Below, piece by piece: positions 1-9,089 of a DNA stretch of 64,000 nucleotides. Source of the DNA: Steroidobacteraceae bacterium (GTDB taxonomy: Bacteria; Pseudomonadota; Gammaproteobacteria; Steroidobacterales; Steroidobacteraceae); the NCBI GenBank assembly GCA_041395625.1, contig JAWLAE010000006.1, forward strand, positions 31,706-95,705. The letters run 5' to 3'. The position numbers and the translations under genes are program-made. Numbering within the stretch: the stretch's first letter is position 1; each line of letters opens with the position of its first letter. Under the pieces are notes generated by a model that was given only the letters and a program-made list of their open reading frames with translations, did no database searches and was not told the origin of the DNA.

Positions 1-156
1 TTTGGGCGCCGGAAGCTGGGCGGTCTTGGATGCCAGTCGACGTGCAATTCGCATCTGACGTCATGTTGTACCGTGCAGTAGACTGAAGTGGTTTGAGCAT
101 GGGCTGATGGTATCGCAATGCTGCGGTGCTGCTCGCGTCGTGTGCGAGGTCTGCGG

Positions 157-702
157 ATGATCTATGTGTTGGGCGATAAGCGCGTCGAGACGGCCTCCGC
201 CGACTGGTACGTGGCGCCGAGTGCCGACGTCATTGGGTCGGTACGGTTGGGTCATGAGACGTCGGTGTGGTTCCAGTGTGTGCTGCGCGGCGACTCGGAC
301 TGGATCGAGATCGGCGATGGCACCAATGTGCAGGACGGCACGATCATTCACACCGACCAAGGTTCGCCGACGCGGGTTGGCGCAGGCGTCACGATCGGCC
401 ATCGCGCGTTTCTGCACAGTTGTACGGTGGGGGACGAGTCGATGATCGCCAATGGCGCGATGGTGCTGGATCGGGTGACGATCGGGCGGAACTGTGTCAT
501 TGCCGCTGGTGCCCTGATACCGCCGGACAAGACCATTCCAGACGGCTCGGTCGTCATGGGTGCGCCCGGCAGAATCGTGCGCGAGACCAGCGCGCAGGAC
601 TTGCAAATGATCGCGCGTGCCGGCGCGATTTACCGCCAGCGCGCAAAGGAGTACGTTGCCGCGCTCGGTCGGGACTCGCGCGCTATCGACGCGCAACGCT
701 GA
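157..702 (+). CDS. gamma-class carbonic anhydrase-like / left-handed beta-helix (hexapeptide repeat) protein
   Basis: The translation MIYVLGDKRVE...VWFQCVLRGD...IEIGDGTNVQDGTIIHTD...IGHRAFLHSCTVGDESMIANGAMV is typical of the YrdA/PaaY gamma-CA family. The start was moved to the ATG at 157, which matches the usual family N-terminus. Confidence 0.8.
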   Translation: MIYVLGDKRVETASADWYVAPSADVIGSVRLGHETSVWFQCVLRGDSDWIEIGDGTNVQDGTIIHTDQGSPTRVGAGVTIGHRAFLHSCTVGDESMIANGAMVLDRVTIGRNCVIAAGALIPPDKTIPDGSVVMGAPGRIVRETSAQDLQMIARAGAIYRQRAKEYVAALGRDSRAIDAQR

Positions 703-762
703 CTTGGTGAGTTCGACCTAAAGAGACACAACGAATGTGTCTGAGAAATATGAGTCCAGCGC

Positions 763-1665
763 CTACAGCGTCAGCGTTGTCTCGAAGACAATCTCGGCCT
801 GACCGATGATCAGGACGCTGTCCAGTTTACCATCCACGAGTTTGAGCTCGATCTCCACACGACCGGCGCGTTTGAGATAGTGGCCTTGCGCACCTACGAA
901 TCGCACTGAGTGGTTATCATGCGGCAATAGCTGGTTGGCGACGAGGTAGGCGCCGAGCAGGCCATGCGCATTGCCGCTGACCGGATCCTCGGGAATGCCC
1001 AATGCGGGGCAGAACATCCGCGATTCGATCTGGACATCCGCAACTTTAGGCGCCAGTGTGAACACGAAAAAGCCCGATGCACCCAACTGCGCGGACAGCG
1101 TCGTCAAACGTGCGAAGTCTGGCTTCAATTGTTTCAGCTGGTCCGGCCCACGCACACCAACTAACAACCGAGTGCTGCTGCTGCCAGCGATCCGCAGTGG
1201 GCAACGCGAGTCGAGATCCGCGCTCGACAGCGCCAAGGCGTCGAGCACTGCCATGCGTTCCCGATCGTTCAATTCCCGGCCCAGCGGCGGCGCGGGCTGA
1301 CGAATAGCAATCTGGCGCGCTGCATCCGTGCCACGTACGTCGACGGTGACGATGCCGGATTTCTGTCGCTGCCGGATCGCGTGCCGCGGTCGGCCGTCGC
1401 GCGACAAGACATAGTGGGTGGCAACCGTTGCGTGGCCAACGAAACTGCTCTCGGTGCGCGGGGTGAAAAAACGCACACGCAAATCGTGATCGTCGCCGTC
1501 GGCGGCGAGCACGAACGCCGTATCGGCATTGTTGAGTTCGCGTGCCACAGCCAGCATCTCGGCATCGCTCAGCTGATCGGCATCGAGCACGACGCCGGCT
1601 GGATTGCCGGTGAAGCGCGTACGTGTGAAGGCATCCACCTGGAAAACTTGCATGCTGCGGGTCAC
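763..1665 (-). CDS. PhzF-family isomerase
   Basis: 300 aa. The N-terminus (MQVFQVDAFT..FTGNPAGVVL), the internal ADTAFV motif and the C-terminal PEDPVSGNAHG motif are typical of the PhzF/YddE family. Confidence 0.8.
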   Translation of the reverse strand: MTRSMQVFQVDAFTRTRFTGNPAGVVLDADQLSDAEMLAVARELNNADTAFVLAADGDDHDLRVRFFTPRTESSFVGHATVATHYVLSRDGRPRHAIRQRQKSGIVTVDVRGTDAARQIAIRQPAPPLGRELNDRERMAVLDALALSSADLDSRCPLRIAGSSSTRLLVGVRGPDQLKQLKPDFARLTTLSAQLGASGFFVFTLAPKVADVQIESRMFCPALGIPEDPVSGNAHGLLGAYLVANQLLPHDNHSVRFVGAQGHYLKRAGRVEIELKLVDGKLDSVLIIGQAEIVFETTLTL

Positions 1666-1785
1666 GGCAGTTACTCGCGGGTGACGATCAGAATCGAGGC
1701 GCGCAGTTTAGTCATTTTGAGCCGTCGCACAATGACCGGCGGTATTTCTTCACATCCGGGCCATTTGCGACTACGATGCCGGTAA

Positions 1786-1880
1786 CTCGTCGGGGCGGCC
1801 CCTTGGTGTCAGGGCCTGAGACGTCAGTTTGGCTGACGAACCCGTAGAACCTGATCCGGTTAGTACCGGCGTAGGGATAT
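1786..1880 (+). promoter_or_regulatory. TPP (THI-box) riboswitch in the leader of the TonB-dependent receptor operon
   Basis: The conserved THI-element blocks are visible: ggggcggcc...CTGAGA...ACCC...GAACCTGATCCGGTTAGTACCGGCGTAGGGA. The 3' GTAGGGA block doubles as the Shine-Dalgarno sequence directly before the ATG at 1879, which suggests translational control. Confidence 0.85.
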
Positions 1881-3954
1881 GCAGTCACCCATATTGCAGT
1901 TGTGTTTCATTTCCGCGCTGGCATTCGCGCCGGCGGCCTCCTGCCTTGCCCAGGCTGACCAGACACTGGAGGAAGTGGTGGTAACGGCGCAACTTCGCGA
2001 CCGGCCGGAATCCGCTGTGACGGCGAGCACGACGGTACTGCGGGCAGCAGTACTGCAGAATGCCGGTCAGCAGCACCTCGCCGATGTGCTGGCTTTGGTG
2101 CCGAATTTGAACTGGGCCGCCGGCAGTTCCCGGCCGCGGTATTTTCAGCTGCGTGGTATTGGCGAGCTCGAGCAGTGGCAGGGGGCACCGAACCCCTCGG
2201 TCGGTTTCCTGATCGATGACGTCGATTTTTCTGGCGTCGGCATGCCGGCAACGCTGTTCGATATCGAGCAGGTCGAAGTGCTGCGTGGCCCGCAGGGTGT
2301 GGCGTACGGTGCGAACGCACTGGCGGGACTGATTTCAATCCGCTCACGGGCACCGACCGAGCACTTCGAAGCACGCCTGCAGGCGGATGCGGGTGACTAT
2401 GGCCTCCACGGACTGGGCGGTGTGGTGAGCGGCCCGCTCGGTGAGTCACTCGATGGCGTCTACCGCGTGGCCGCGCAGCGCCAGCGGAGCGACGGATTTC
2501 GTGAGAATGACTATCTCGGCCGCGATGACACCAACGGTTATGATGAAACGACACTCCGTGCGCGCTTGCGGCTGGCGGTCGGCAATGATCTGACGGCCAA
2601 TCTCGCGACGTTCTGGGTCGACACGGATAACGGCTACGATGCATTCTCGATCGACAATTCGCGCACGACGCTGTCCGACCAGCCCGGCCGCGATGCGCAG
2701 CGCTCGCGCGGCGCGGCGTTGCGATTCGACTACGCGGGCTGGCAGTCCGCGGCGTTGCGCGCCGTCAGTGCGGTCGCAGACTCGCGCAGCAACTATTCTT
2801 TCGACGGGGACTGGGGCAACGATCTGAGCTGGGGCGCCAGCGGACCTTATGACTTCACGCAGGCGTTTGCGCGCCAGCGGCTGACAATCAGTCAGGATTT
2901 GCGAATCACGTCGGCCGAGTCCGCGCCGCTCGATTGGACTGTCGGCGTGTATGCACTGCGATTGACAGAAGATGGGACGCAGCTGGACCGCTACAATGGC
3001 ACCACGTTGCGCGACCTGACGAGTGAGTATCGCGCCACCAACGTCGCCTTGTACGGCGAGCTGGCTACCGAGTTGGCGACCGCGACGACCGTATCCGCTG
3101 GCGTGCGCCTCGAGCATCGGGCGGCGAGCTACCATGACAGTGATGGCGAAAGTGTTGCTCCTGATGAGACTCTGTGGGGCGGCAGTCTGACAGTTCGTCG
3201 TCTTCTCAGCACTAACCACTCCGTCTATGCGACCGTTGGCCGCGGCTACAAGGCTGGAGGTTTCAACATCGGCGCCGTCATTCCGGCTGCGCAGCGCCAG
3301 TTTACGGCAGAGTATCTGGACAGCGTCGAGCTCGGGCTGCGAACGCGCAGCGTCGACGGGCGGTTGAGCGGCGCTCTGGCCCTGTTCTCGATGTTGCGTC
3401 GTGATCAGCAGGTCGAGAATTCGACTCAGCTGACTCCGGGCGATCCGCTCACTTTCGTGTACTTCACGGACAACGCAGCGCGCGGTCGCAACCAGGGTCT
3501 GGAGGGATCCTTTGATTGGCGCGTAACACCGCGGTGGTCCATCGATGGGTCGTTAGGGTTGCTGCGGGCGATTTATCGTGAGTATGTCAATGCGGGGCGC
3601 GACCTTGCGGGTCGCGAGCAACCGCATGCACCTGGTTACCAGTATTCGCTCGCCGCAGAGTACCGGCATCCGCATGGCTGGTTCGTGCGTACAGACGTCG
3701 CCGGCCGCGATGCCTTTTATTTCTCCGCGAGCCACGATCAGCGCTCGGAGCCGTATACACTGACGAATCTGAAGCTCGGCTACGCAGGGCTAGCTGCGAC
3801 GGTCGAGTTTTGGGTTCGCAACGTGTTCGACGTGGAATACTCCCAACGCGGCTTTTTCTTCGGCAACGAGCCGCCGGACTTTCCGGAAAAGCGCTATACA
3901 CAAGCTGGCGACCCACGGCAGCTCGGCGTTACTGTTCGTTATGTCTGGCAGTAG
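1879..3954 (+). CDS. TonB-dependent outer-membrane receptor (thiamine-related by context)
   Basis: 691 aa with a signal peptide (..AFAPAASCLAQA), a TonB-box/plug region (EEVVVTAQ..., VEVLRGPQGVAYGANALAGLISI) and a beta-barrel C-terminus ending in an aromatic residue (..RYVWQ). It lies directly downstream of the TPP riboswitch. Confidence 0.9.
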   Translation: MQSPILQLCFISALAFAPAASCLAQADQTLEEVVVTAQLRDRPESAVTASTTVLRAAVLQNAGQQHLADVLALVPNLNWAAGSSRPRYFQLRGIGELEQWQGAPNPSVGFLIDDVDFSGVGMPATLFDIEQVEVLRGPQGVAYGANALAGLISIRSRAPTEHFEARLQADAGDYGLHGLGGVVSGPLGESLDGVYRVAAQRQRSDGFRENDYLGRDDTNGYDETTLRARLRLAVGNDLTANLATFWVDTDNGYDAFSIDNSRTTLSDQPGRDAQRSRGAALRFDYAGWQSAALRAVSAVADSRSNYSFDGDWGNDLSWGASGPYDFTQAFARQRLTISQDLRITSAESAPLDWTVGVYALRLTEDGTQLDRYNGTTLRDLTSEYRATNVALYGELATELATATTVSAGVRLEHRAASYHDSDGESVAPDETLWGGSLTVRRLLSTNHSVYATVGRGYKAGGFNIGAVIPAAQRQFTAEYLDSVELGLRTRSVDGRLSGALALFSMLRRDQQVENSTQLTPGDPLTFVYFTDNAARGRNQGLEGSFDWRVTPRWSIDGSLGLLRAIYREYVNAGRDLAGREQPHAPGYQYSLAAEYRHPHGWFVRTDVAGRDAFYFSASHDQRSEPYTLTNLKLGYAGLAATVEFWVRNVFDVEYSQRGFFFGNEPPDFPEKRYTQAGDPRQLGVTVRYVWQ

Positions 3955-3970
3955 CAGTGAGTGCGACAAG

Positions 3971-4216
3971 ATGGAAATCGGCGTTGAGATCAGTCTCTAT
4001 CCACTCGACCGCGAGTTCATACCGGTAATCACCCGCTTCATCGATCGTCTCAACCAGGACTGCAGGCTCAAAGTCGTGACCACCAGCATGAGTACCCAGA
4101 TCTTTGGTCCCTATGACCTTGTCATGGCGCTACTCACGCAGGAGTTGCGACCGGTGTTCGACCGCGATGGGAAGTCGGTATTCGTGCTGAAGATCCTCGG
4201 CCCGCTGGTGGCGTAA
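3971..4216 (+). CDS. MTH1187/YkoF-family thiamine-binding protein
   Basis: 81 aa (MEIGVEISLYPLDREFIPVITRFIDRL...) resembling the small DUF77/YkoF-type thiamine-binding fold. It is the second gene of the riboswitch operon. The start was set at the internal ATG at 3971. Confidence 0.65.
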   Translation: MEIGVEISLYPLDREFIPVITRFIDRLNQDCRLKVVTTSMSTQIFGPYDLVMALLTQELRPVFDRDGKSVFVLKILGPLVA

Positions 4217-4219
4217 CAA

Positions 4220-4822
4220 ATGCTCGAGGCCGTCCTTGCGGGGCTTGCGGCCAGCTCGCCGCTCGAAGTTCTCGCCTTGATCCTCGGTGTAGCCTATTCG
4301 CTGTTGGCAGTGCGCCGCAATCGGCTGTGCTGGCTAGCCGGCGCGGGCAGTTCGATGTTGCTGGCTGGCCTCGCCGCCAGTCGTCAGTTGCCGATGCAGG
4401 CGCTGCTGCAGATCTACTATGTCTTGATGTCCGCCTACGGCTGGTGGCATTGGACGAAGCAGTCCGGGGCTGCGCAAATCAAGGTGGGGTTCTGGCCGCT
4501 GCGCCGCCATCTTGCCGCGGCGGTCGTGCTCGGCGCGCTGGCTTGGGCGACCTCGAGCTATCTCGCCGCCGAGACCGATGCGGCTTGGCCACGCCTCGAT
4601 TCGGCTGCCACTTGGTTCAGCCTCTATGCGACGCTGTTGGTGGCGCGCGCCAGGATCGAAAACTGGCTGTACTGGATCGTAACCGACACGGTGCTCGTGT
4701 TCTTGTACGCGGCGCAAGGGCTGTATTTTGCGTCACTGCTTTTCGCGCTCTACATCGTCATTGCTTGCATCGGTCTGGCAACCTGGTGGCGGCAGTATCG
4801 GCGGGAGGCGGCGCCAGGGTGA
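4220..4822 (+). CDS. PnuC-family transporter (PnuT-like thiamine/nicotinamide-riboside transporter)
   Basis: 200 aa polytopic membrane protein with the PnuC-type motifs QIYYVLMSAYGWWHW and NWLYWIVTD. It sits in a TPP-riboswitch operon. Confidence 0.8.
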   Translation: MLEAVLAGLAASSPLEVLALILGVAYSLLAVRRNRLCWLAGAGSSMLLAGLAASRQLPMQALLQIYYVLMSAYGWWHWTKQSGAAQIKVGFWPLRRHLAAAVVLGALAWATSSYLAAETDAAWPRLDSAATWFSLYATLLVARARIENWLYWIVTDTVLVFLYAAQGLYFASLLFALYIVIACIGLATWWRQYRREAAPG

Positions 4823-5670
4823 TTCCTTCCGACATTTTGCGGTACGTGCCAGGCTGCGAATCAGGCGAAGCGCCGTTGTCGATCAAGCCGCTGGCCGGTG
4901 GTCTCAGCAATCGAACAGCGCGGGTGCATACACCGTGCGGCCGCTTCGTCGTGCGATTGCACTCGGAGGCTTCGACCAACCCTGCGGTCGATCGGCAACG
5001 TGAACTCGAGCTGCACCAACATGCGGCGGCGGCCGGTTTGGCGCCGAAGATCGTCGCCGCCGATGGCGAGGGTCGGTTCCTGGTCACGGAGTTCATCGAC
5101 GGGCAAGGCTGGAGTGCCGCCAATTTCGCGAACGTCGCCGATCTGCGCGTGCTGGCGCACCGCCTCCGCTTGCTGCATGCACTTCCGGCACCGGGTATAC
5201 CGTGTCACGAGCCGATGGACGTGGTGCATGCCTACGTCGCGACTATCTCGCGGCTTGCGCCAGCCGAGGTGGTTGATCTCGCTGCATTGTCGGAGCGTGG
5301 CGCGCGATTGCTCGACGTTGCAGAGAGTACGTCGCGCGTCAGTTCAATCGTCCACAACGATCTCGACCACCGTAATCTGATCGCCGCAGGGCAACTTTAT
5401 CTGCTCGATTGGGAGTACGCTCGGATCGCCGACCCATTGCTCGATCTGGCCTGTGTGCTGTCCTACTACCCCGAGGCTGTGCGCCACAGCGAGCTGCTGC
5501 TCGATGAGTCCGGATTACGGGTGCAAGGCGCCACGACCGCGATGCTGCTTGCGCTCGCCGACTGGCACTTGTTGGTAAGCTATCTCTGGTATCGCGCGCG
5601 GCGCGCGCGCGGCTATTCGGACGCGGCAAGCCGCGCAGCTGAGGGCTTTATGCGACGGCGCCTGCCGTGA
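4819..5670 (+). CDS. thiamine kinase-like phosphotransferase (APH/choline-kinase fold)
   Basis: A GTG start overlaps the pnuC-like stop (GTGA at 4819-4822). Kinase motifs are present: PLAGGLSNRT, IVHNDLDHRNLI (catalytic loop) and LLDWEYA. The rest of the 447-aa track ORF is an out-of-context upstream extension. Confidence 0.7.
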   Translation: MIPSDILRYVPGCESGEAPLSIKPLAGGLSNRTARVHTPCGRFVVRLHSEASTNPAVDRQRELELHQHAAAAGLAPKIVAADGEGRFLVTEFIDGQGWSAANFANVADLRVLAHRLRLLHALPAPGIPCHEPMDVVHAYVATISRLAPAEVVDLAALSERGARLLDVAESTSRVSSIVHNDLDHRNLIAAGQLYLLDWEYARIADPLLDLACVLSYYPEAVRHSELLLDESGLRVQGATTAMLLALADWHLLVSYLWYRARRARGYSDAASRAAEGFMRRRLP

Positions 5671-5917
5671 TGGGTGCTGCGAACGCACCGATGTATTATT
5701 GGTGATTCCCTACTGGACCCTCTACCAGCGGTCCAAAGAGAATGTCGGTGTCCGCTCTCCGGAGCCACGCTGACCGGTGTCATCGGCGGCTGGCATCCGC
5801 TGCGCGTCGAAGGCAGACTTGCGCAGCTTGAGGAATCGCCTGACTGATGAGTCTCCGTCTTGGTCGATCGCTCGAGAAGAATTATCCCTTAGAAACAGAT
5901 AGTTAACAGGAAACAGA

Positions 5918-6232
5918 ATGACGAAGCTAGTGGTGATCGATCGCGACGGTGCAGAACACGAAGTGGAAGCGAAGAGCGGCCTAAAGATTATGGAAACGTT
6001 GAGGGAGCTGGATTATGGAGTTGCCGCCATATGCGGCGGGATGTGTTCCTGCGCCACGTGCCACGTTTATGTCGATCGCGATTGGGTGGAGCGCCTGCCT
6101 GCGCCGATGTCGGACGAACGCGAGCTCCTCTCGGAGCTGGCGCATTTTCAGGACAATTCACGCCTCTCCTGTCAATTGGAAATGACGGATAGTCTGACTG
6201 GGATACGTGTCACGATCGCACCGGATGAATAA
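5918..6232 (+). CDS. 2Fe-2S ferredoxin (adrenodoxin/putidaredoxin type)
   Basis: 104 aa with the Cys pattern CGGMCSCATCHV...SRLSCQ that is diagnostic for vertebrate-type [2Fe-2S] ferredoxins. Confidence 0.85.
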   Translation: MTKLVVIDRDGAEHEVEAKSGLKIMETLRELDYGVAAICGGMCSCATCHVYVDRDWVERLPAPMSDERELLSELAHFQDNSRLSCQLEMTDSLTGIRVTIAPDE

Positions 6233-6234
6233 TC

Positions 6235-7014
6235 ATGACTGAGAAAACTGTAAGCATCGAAGTACGCGGCGCAATAGCGATCGTTACGCTGAACCGACCC
6301 GAAAGCGCTAACACCCTCAATATGCAGATGGGGCGCGACCTCGCAGCGGCGGCTATTGCCTGCGAGGGCAACGCGGCAGTTCGCGCCGTGGTGCTGACTG
6401 GCGCCGGCAAACATTTCTGCTTCGGCGGTGACTTGCGCGGTATGGTTGCGGGCGGCGAGGCGATCGAGCCCTATCTGCGCGAACTCACGTCGCACCTGCA
6501 TACGGCAATCTCGCACTTCGTGCGCATGGATGCGCCGGTCGTCGCAGCCGTCAATGGCACCGCGGCCGGTGCAGGCGTGGGCCTGGTGGCGATGAGTGAC
6601 ATCGCGCTGGCCGGCGACGGCGCCAAGTTCTCCCTGGCGTACACCGGAGTCGGCTTGACGCCGGACGGTAGTACCTCGTTCTACTTGCCACGCGTCGTCG
6701 GTCTGAAGCGTGCGGTCGAGCTGATCCTCACCAATCGCGTCTTGACAGCCACGGAGGCCGAGCAATGGGGCCTTGTGAATGCCGTGGTGCCTGAGGCCGA
6801 GGTCGTAACGCGCGCGATCGAAATGGCTGAACGGCTGGCGGCCGGACCAACGCATGCGTTCGGTGAATCCAAGCGCCTGCTGGCCCAGTCGATGGGTGCA
6901 CTCGAGTCGCACATGGCGCTCGAGAGCCAGACGATCGCACGTCAGGCGGCGAGCGCCGAGGGGCGCGAGGGCATCGGTGCGTTTCTCGAGAAACGCAAAC
7001 CCAAGTATGGTTGA
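6235..7014 (+). CDS. enoyl-CoA hydratase/isomerase (crotonase) family protein
   Basis: 259 aa with IAIVTLNRPESANTL, LTGAGKHFCFGGDL, VVAAVNGTAAGAGVGL and a C-terminal EGIGAFLEKRKPKY, the crotonase signature. Confidence 0.9.
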   Translation: MTEKTVSIEVRGAIAIVTLNRPESANTLNMQMGRDLAAAAIACEGNAAVRAVVLTGAGKHFCFGGDLRGMVAGGEAIEPYLRELTSHLHTAISHFVRMDAPVVAAVNGTAAGAGVGLVAMSDIALAGDGAKFSLAYTGVGLTPDGSTSFYLPRVVGLKRAVELILTNRVLTATEAEQWGLVNAVVPEAEVVTRAIEMAERLAAGPTHAFGESKRLLAQSMGALESHMALESQTIARQAASAEGREGIGAFLEKRKPKYG

Positions 7015-7020
7015 GTCGCG

Positions 7021-7461
7021 ATGAATCTCGTCTTCCTGCTGTTGTTGTTAGCGGCGGTCGCAACGATCGGACGCATTGTCTGGTCGCTGCGCAAGATTGG
7101 CAAAGTGCGCAACGACAGTTGGGACGAGAAGGTGATCGATCAGCTGCGCAAGAACGGCTCTGATCCGTTCCAGCCGCACAATGTCGACTTCTTCTTTGGT
7201 ATGCCTGACGAGGCCGCCGCGAAAAAAGTGGCCCAGCTATTGACCGCCGAAGGGTTTTCGGCCGACGTCGAGCACAAGAACGAAGACCCCAGTCAGCCGT
7301 ACAGCGTACATGCGTTGATCGCCATGCGACTTTCTGTGCCCGACATGAAGACCAAGAGCCGGCGCTTCACTCAGCTCGCGGAGCAGGTCGGCGGCACGTA
7401 CGATGGCTGGACGGCATCACATGTCGAGCGCAAGGGCGACAACTCAGAGCTGATAGGCTGA
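7021..7461 (+). CDS. RraB-like (ribonuclease E inhibitor B family) domain protein with an N-terminal membrane anchor
   Basis: The hydrophobic N-terminus MNLVFLLLLLAAVATIGRIVW is followed by an RraB-like core (GSDPFQPHNVDFFF...AEGFSADVEH...GGTYDGW). Confidence 0.6.
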   Translation: MNLVFLLLLLAAVATIGRIVWSLRKIGKVRNDSWDEKVIDQLRKNGSDPFQPHNVDFFFGMPDEAAAKKVAQLLTAEGFSADVEHKNEDPSQPYSVHALIAMRLSVPDMKTKSRRFTQLAEQVGGTYDGWTASHVERKGDNSELIG

Positions 7462-7462
7462 A

Positions 7463-8212
7463 CTATTTCTTTTCGGTTTGCCGACGTACCGCCTCGGCGG
7501 CAGCTTTGATCTTGTCCTGATCACCCAGGTAACGGCTCGCGACGGGCTTGAGCTTGGCGTCCAGTTCGTACAATAGCGGGATGCCCGTCGGGATGTTAAG
7601 TTCGACGATGTCCTGTTCCGACACGTTGTCGAGCATCTTCACCAGTGCCCGCAGACTGTTGCCATGCGCAGTCACCAACACGTCTTTGTTGGCAAGTAGC
7701 GTTGGCGCAATCCGTTCGTTCCAATACGGCAGCACCCGTGCCAACGTATCCTTGAGTGATTCGGCGGCCGGCAACAGCGTGCGGTCGACATCCGCGTAAC
7801 GTGGGTCGAAACGCGGATGGCGTTGATCGTCGTCCGCCAATGGTGGTGGCGGGATGTCGTAGCTGCGGCGCCAGATCTTGACCTGTACCTCGCCATGCTT
7901 TGCGACCGTTTGCGCTTTGTTGAGCCCCTGGAGTGCGCCGTAGTGCCGCTCGTTGAGTCGCCACGAGCGCTCGACCGGTAGCCACATCATGTCCAGTTCG
8001 TCCAGCGCGATCCACAGCGTGCGGATCGCACGCTTGAGGACAGACGTGAAGCAGATCTGCGGCTTGAGGCCGGCGCGCTTGATTTCGACTCCGGCCTGGC
8101 GCGCTTCGATCAAGCCCTGCGTCGAAAGATCGACGTCATGCCAGCCGGTGAACAGGTTTTCCAGATTCCAGGTGCTCTGGCCATGTCGCAGGAGAATCAG
8201 TTTGCCGGGCAC
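7463..8212 (-). CDS. gpmA: 2,3-bisphosphoglycerate-dependent phosphoglycerate mutase
   Basis: 249 aa with [44 protein letters not shown] and [11 protein letters not shown], the canonical dPGM motifs. Confidence 0.95.
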   Translation of the reverse strand: MPGKLILLRHGQSTWNLENLFTGWHDVDLSTQGLIEARQAGVEIKRAGLKPQICFTSVLKRAIRTLWIALDELDMMWLPVERSWRLNERHYGALQGLNKAQTVAKHGEVQVKIWRRSYDIPPPPLADDDQRHPRFDPRYADVDRTLLPAAESLKDTLARVLPYWNERIAPTLLANKDVLVTAHGNSLRALVKMLDNVSEQDIVELNIPTGIPLLYELDAKLKPVASRYLGDQDKIKAAAEAVRRQTEKK

Positions 8213-8242
8213 GCTTCGAACTCCTCAAGCTGTGTGTCGTCG

Positions 8243-9052
8243 TCATGATACCGTTTTGTCGGGCTGATGGCTGTCGAGGCCGCGCGCGCAACGCGTGCTG
8301 CGATTCGCAATTGAGTCTCGCAGGATCTGTTCGTTGGCTGCCCGCCGTGCGCGCGACGCGGGTTCATGATGCAGATGCCATGCGATGCCCGCGAACAGCA
8401 GGGATTGTCTGCGGACGCCCGCCTGCGCTAGACGAGCGGCGAGTTCCTTGTCCTCGGGTCCCCACCCCTCGATCTCCTCATTGAAGCCGTTGACCCGCAG
8501 CAGATCGCTGCGCCAGTACGCCTGATTGCAGCCCTTGATGGCGAGTAGGCCATTCGCCGTGCGCCGTAGCAGGCGCGCCACGCGCGGCGCCCGCATGCCG
8601 TACAAACGCCGCAGGCCCGCACCCCGAGTCGTTGGCTTTGGCGAGCCCGGTTCGTCGGCGGCCAGCACACGCGAAGTAGTGCGAGCGCAGAGCGGGATCC
8701 GCACGCCCTGTGTGAAGAAACCGGCACGCGCAACGGCGAGGTGATCGGCAACGAATTGAGGATGTAACAACATGTCACCATCGACGAAAACGAGATAGTC
8801 ACCCGAGGCAGCGCGTATCGCGAGATTTCGCAAACGAGTGACTCGAAAGCCGCGATGCTCCTGGCGCACATGAATCAACGGGTTTGAGTGCGCGGCGGCA
8901 AACCGCTGCACCACTGCGGTGGTGGACGTGCCGGAGCCATCGTCCGCCACTATTGTTTCGGCTGGGGGAGTTCGCTGACTAGCAACGGATTCGAGCACCA
9001 CCTGCAATGCGTCAGGGCGCTCGTAGGTCGTGATGATCAAGCTGACACCCAT
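8243..9052 (-). CDS. family 2 glycosyltransferase
   Basis: VSLIITTYERPDALQVVLESV...IVADDGS...YLVFVDGDML is the GT-A fold with a DxD motif. The start was set at the internal Met (MGVSLII). Confidence 0.8.
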   Translation of the reverse strand: MGVSLIITTYERPDALQVVLESVASQRTPPAETIVADDGSGTSTTAVVQRFAAAHSNPLIHVRQEHRGFRVTRLRNLAIRAASGDYLVFVDGDMLLHPQFVADHLAVARAGFFTQGVRIPLCARTTSRVLAADEPGSPKPTTRGAGLRRLYGMRAPRVARLLRRTANGLLAIKGCNQAYWRSDLLRVNGFNEEIEGWGPEDKELAARLAQAGVRRQSLLFAGIAWHLHHEPASRARRAANEQILRDSIANRSTRCARGLDSHQPDKTVS

Positions 9053-9089
9053 GGACTTCGACCGGAGGCGTGGGCCAGACAACGTCCAA

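Noticed and set aside
5673-5689. short hairpin (ggtgc-N7-gcacc) after the thiamine-kinase-like gene as a terminator
   Set aside because: The stem is only 5 bp and the downstream T-tract is interrupted, so the evidence is too weak to call a terminator.
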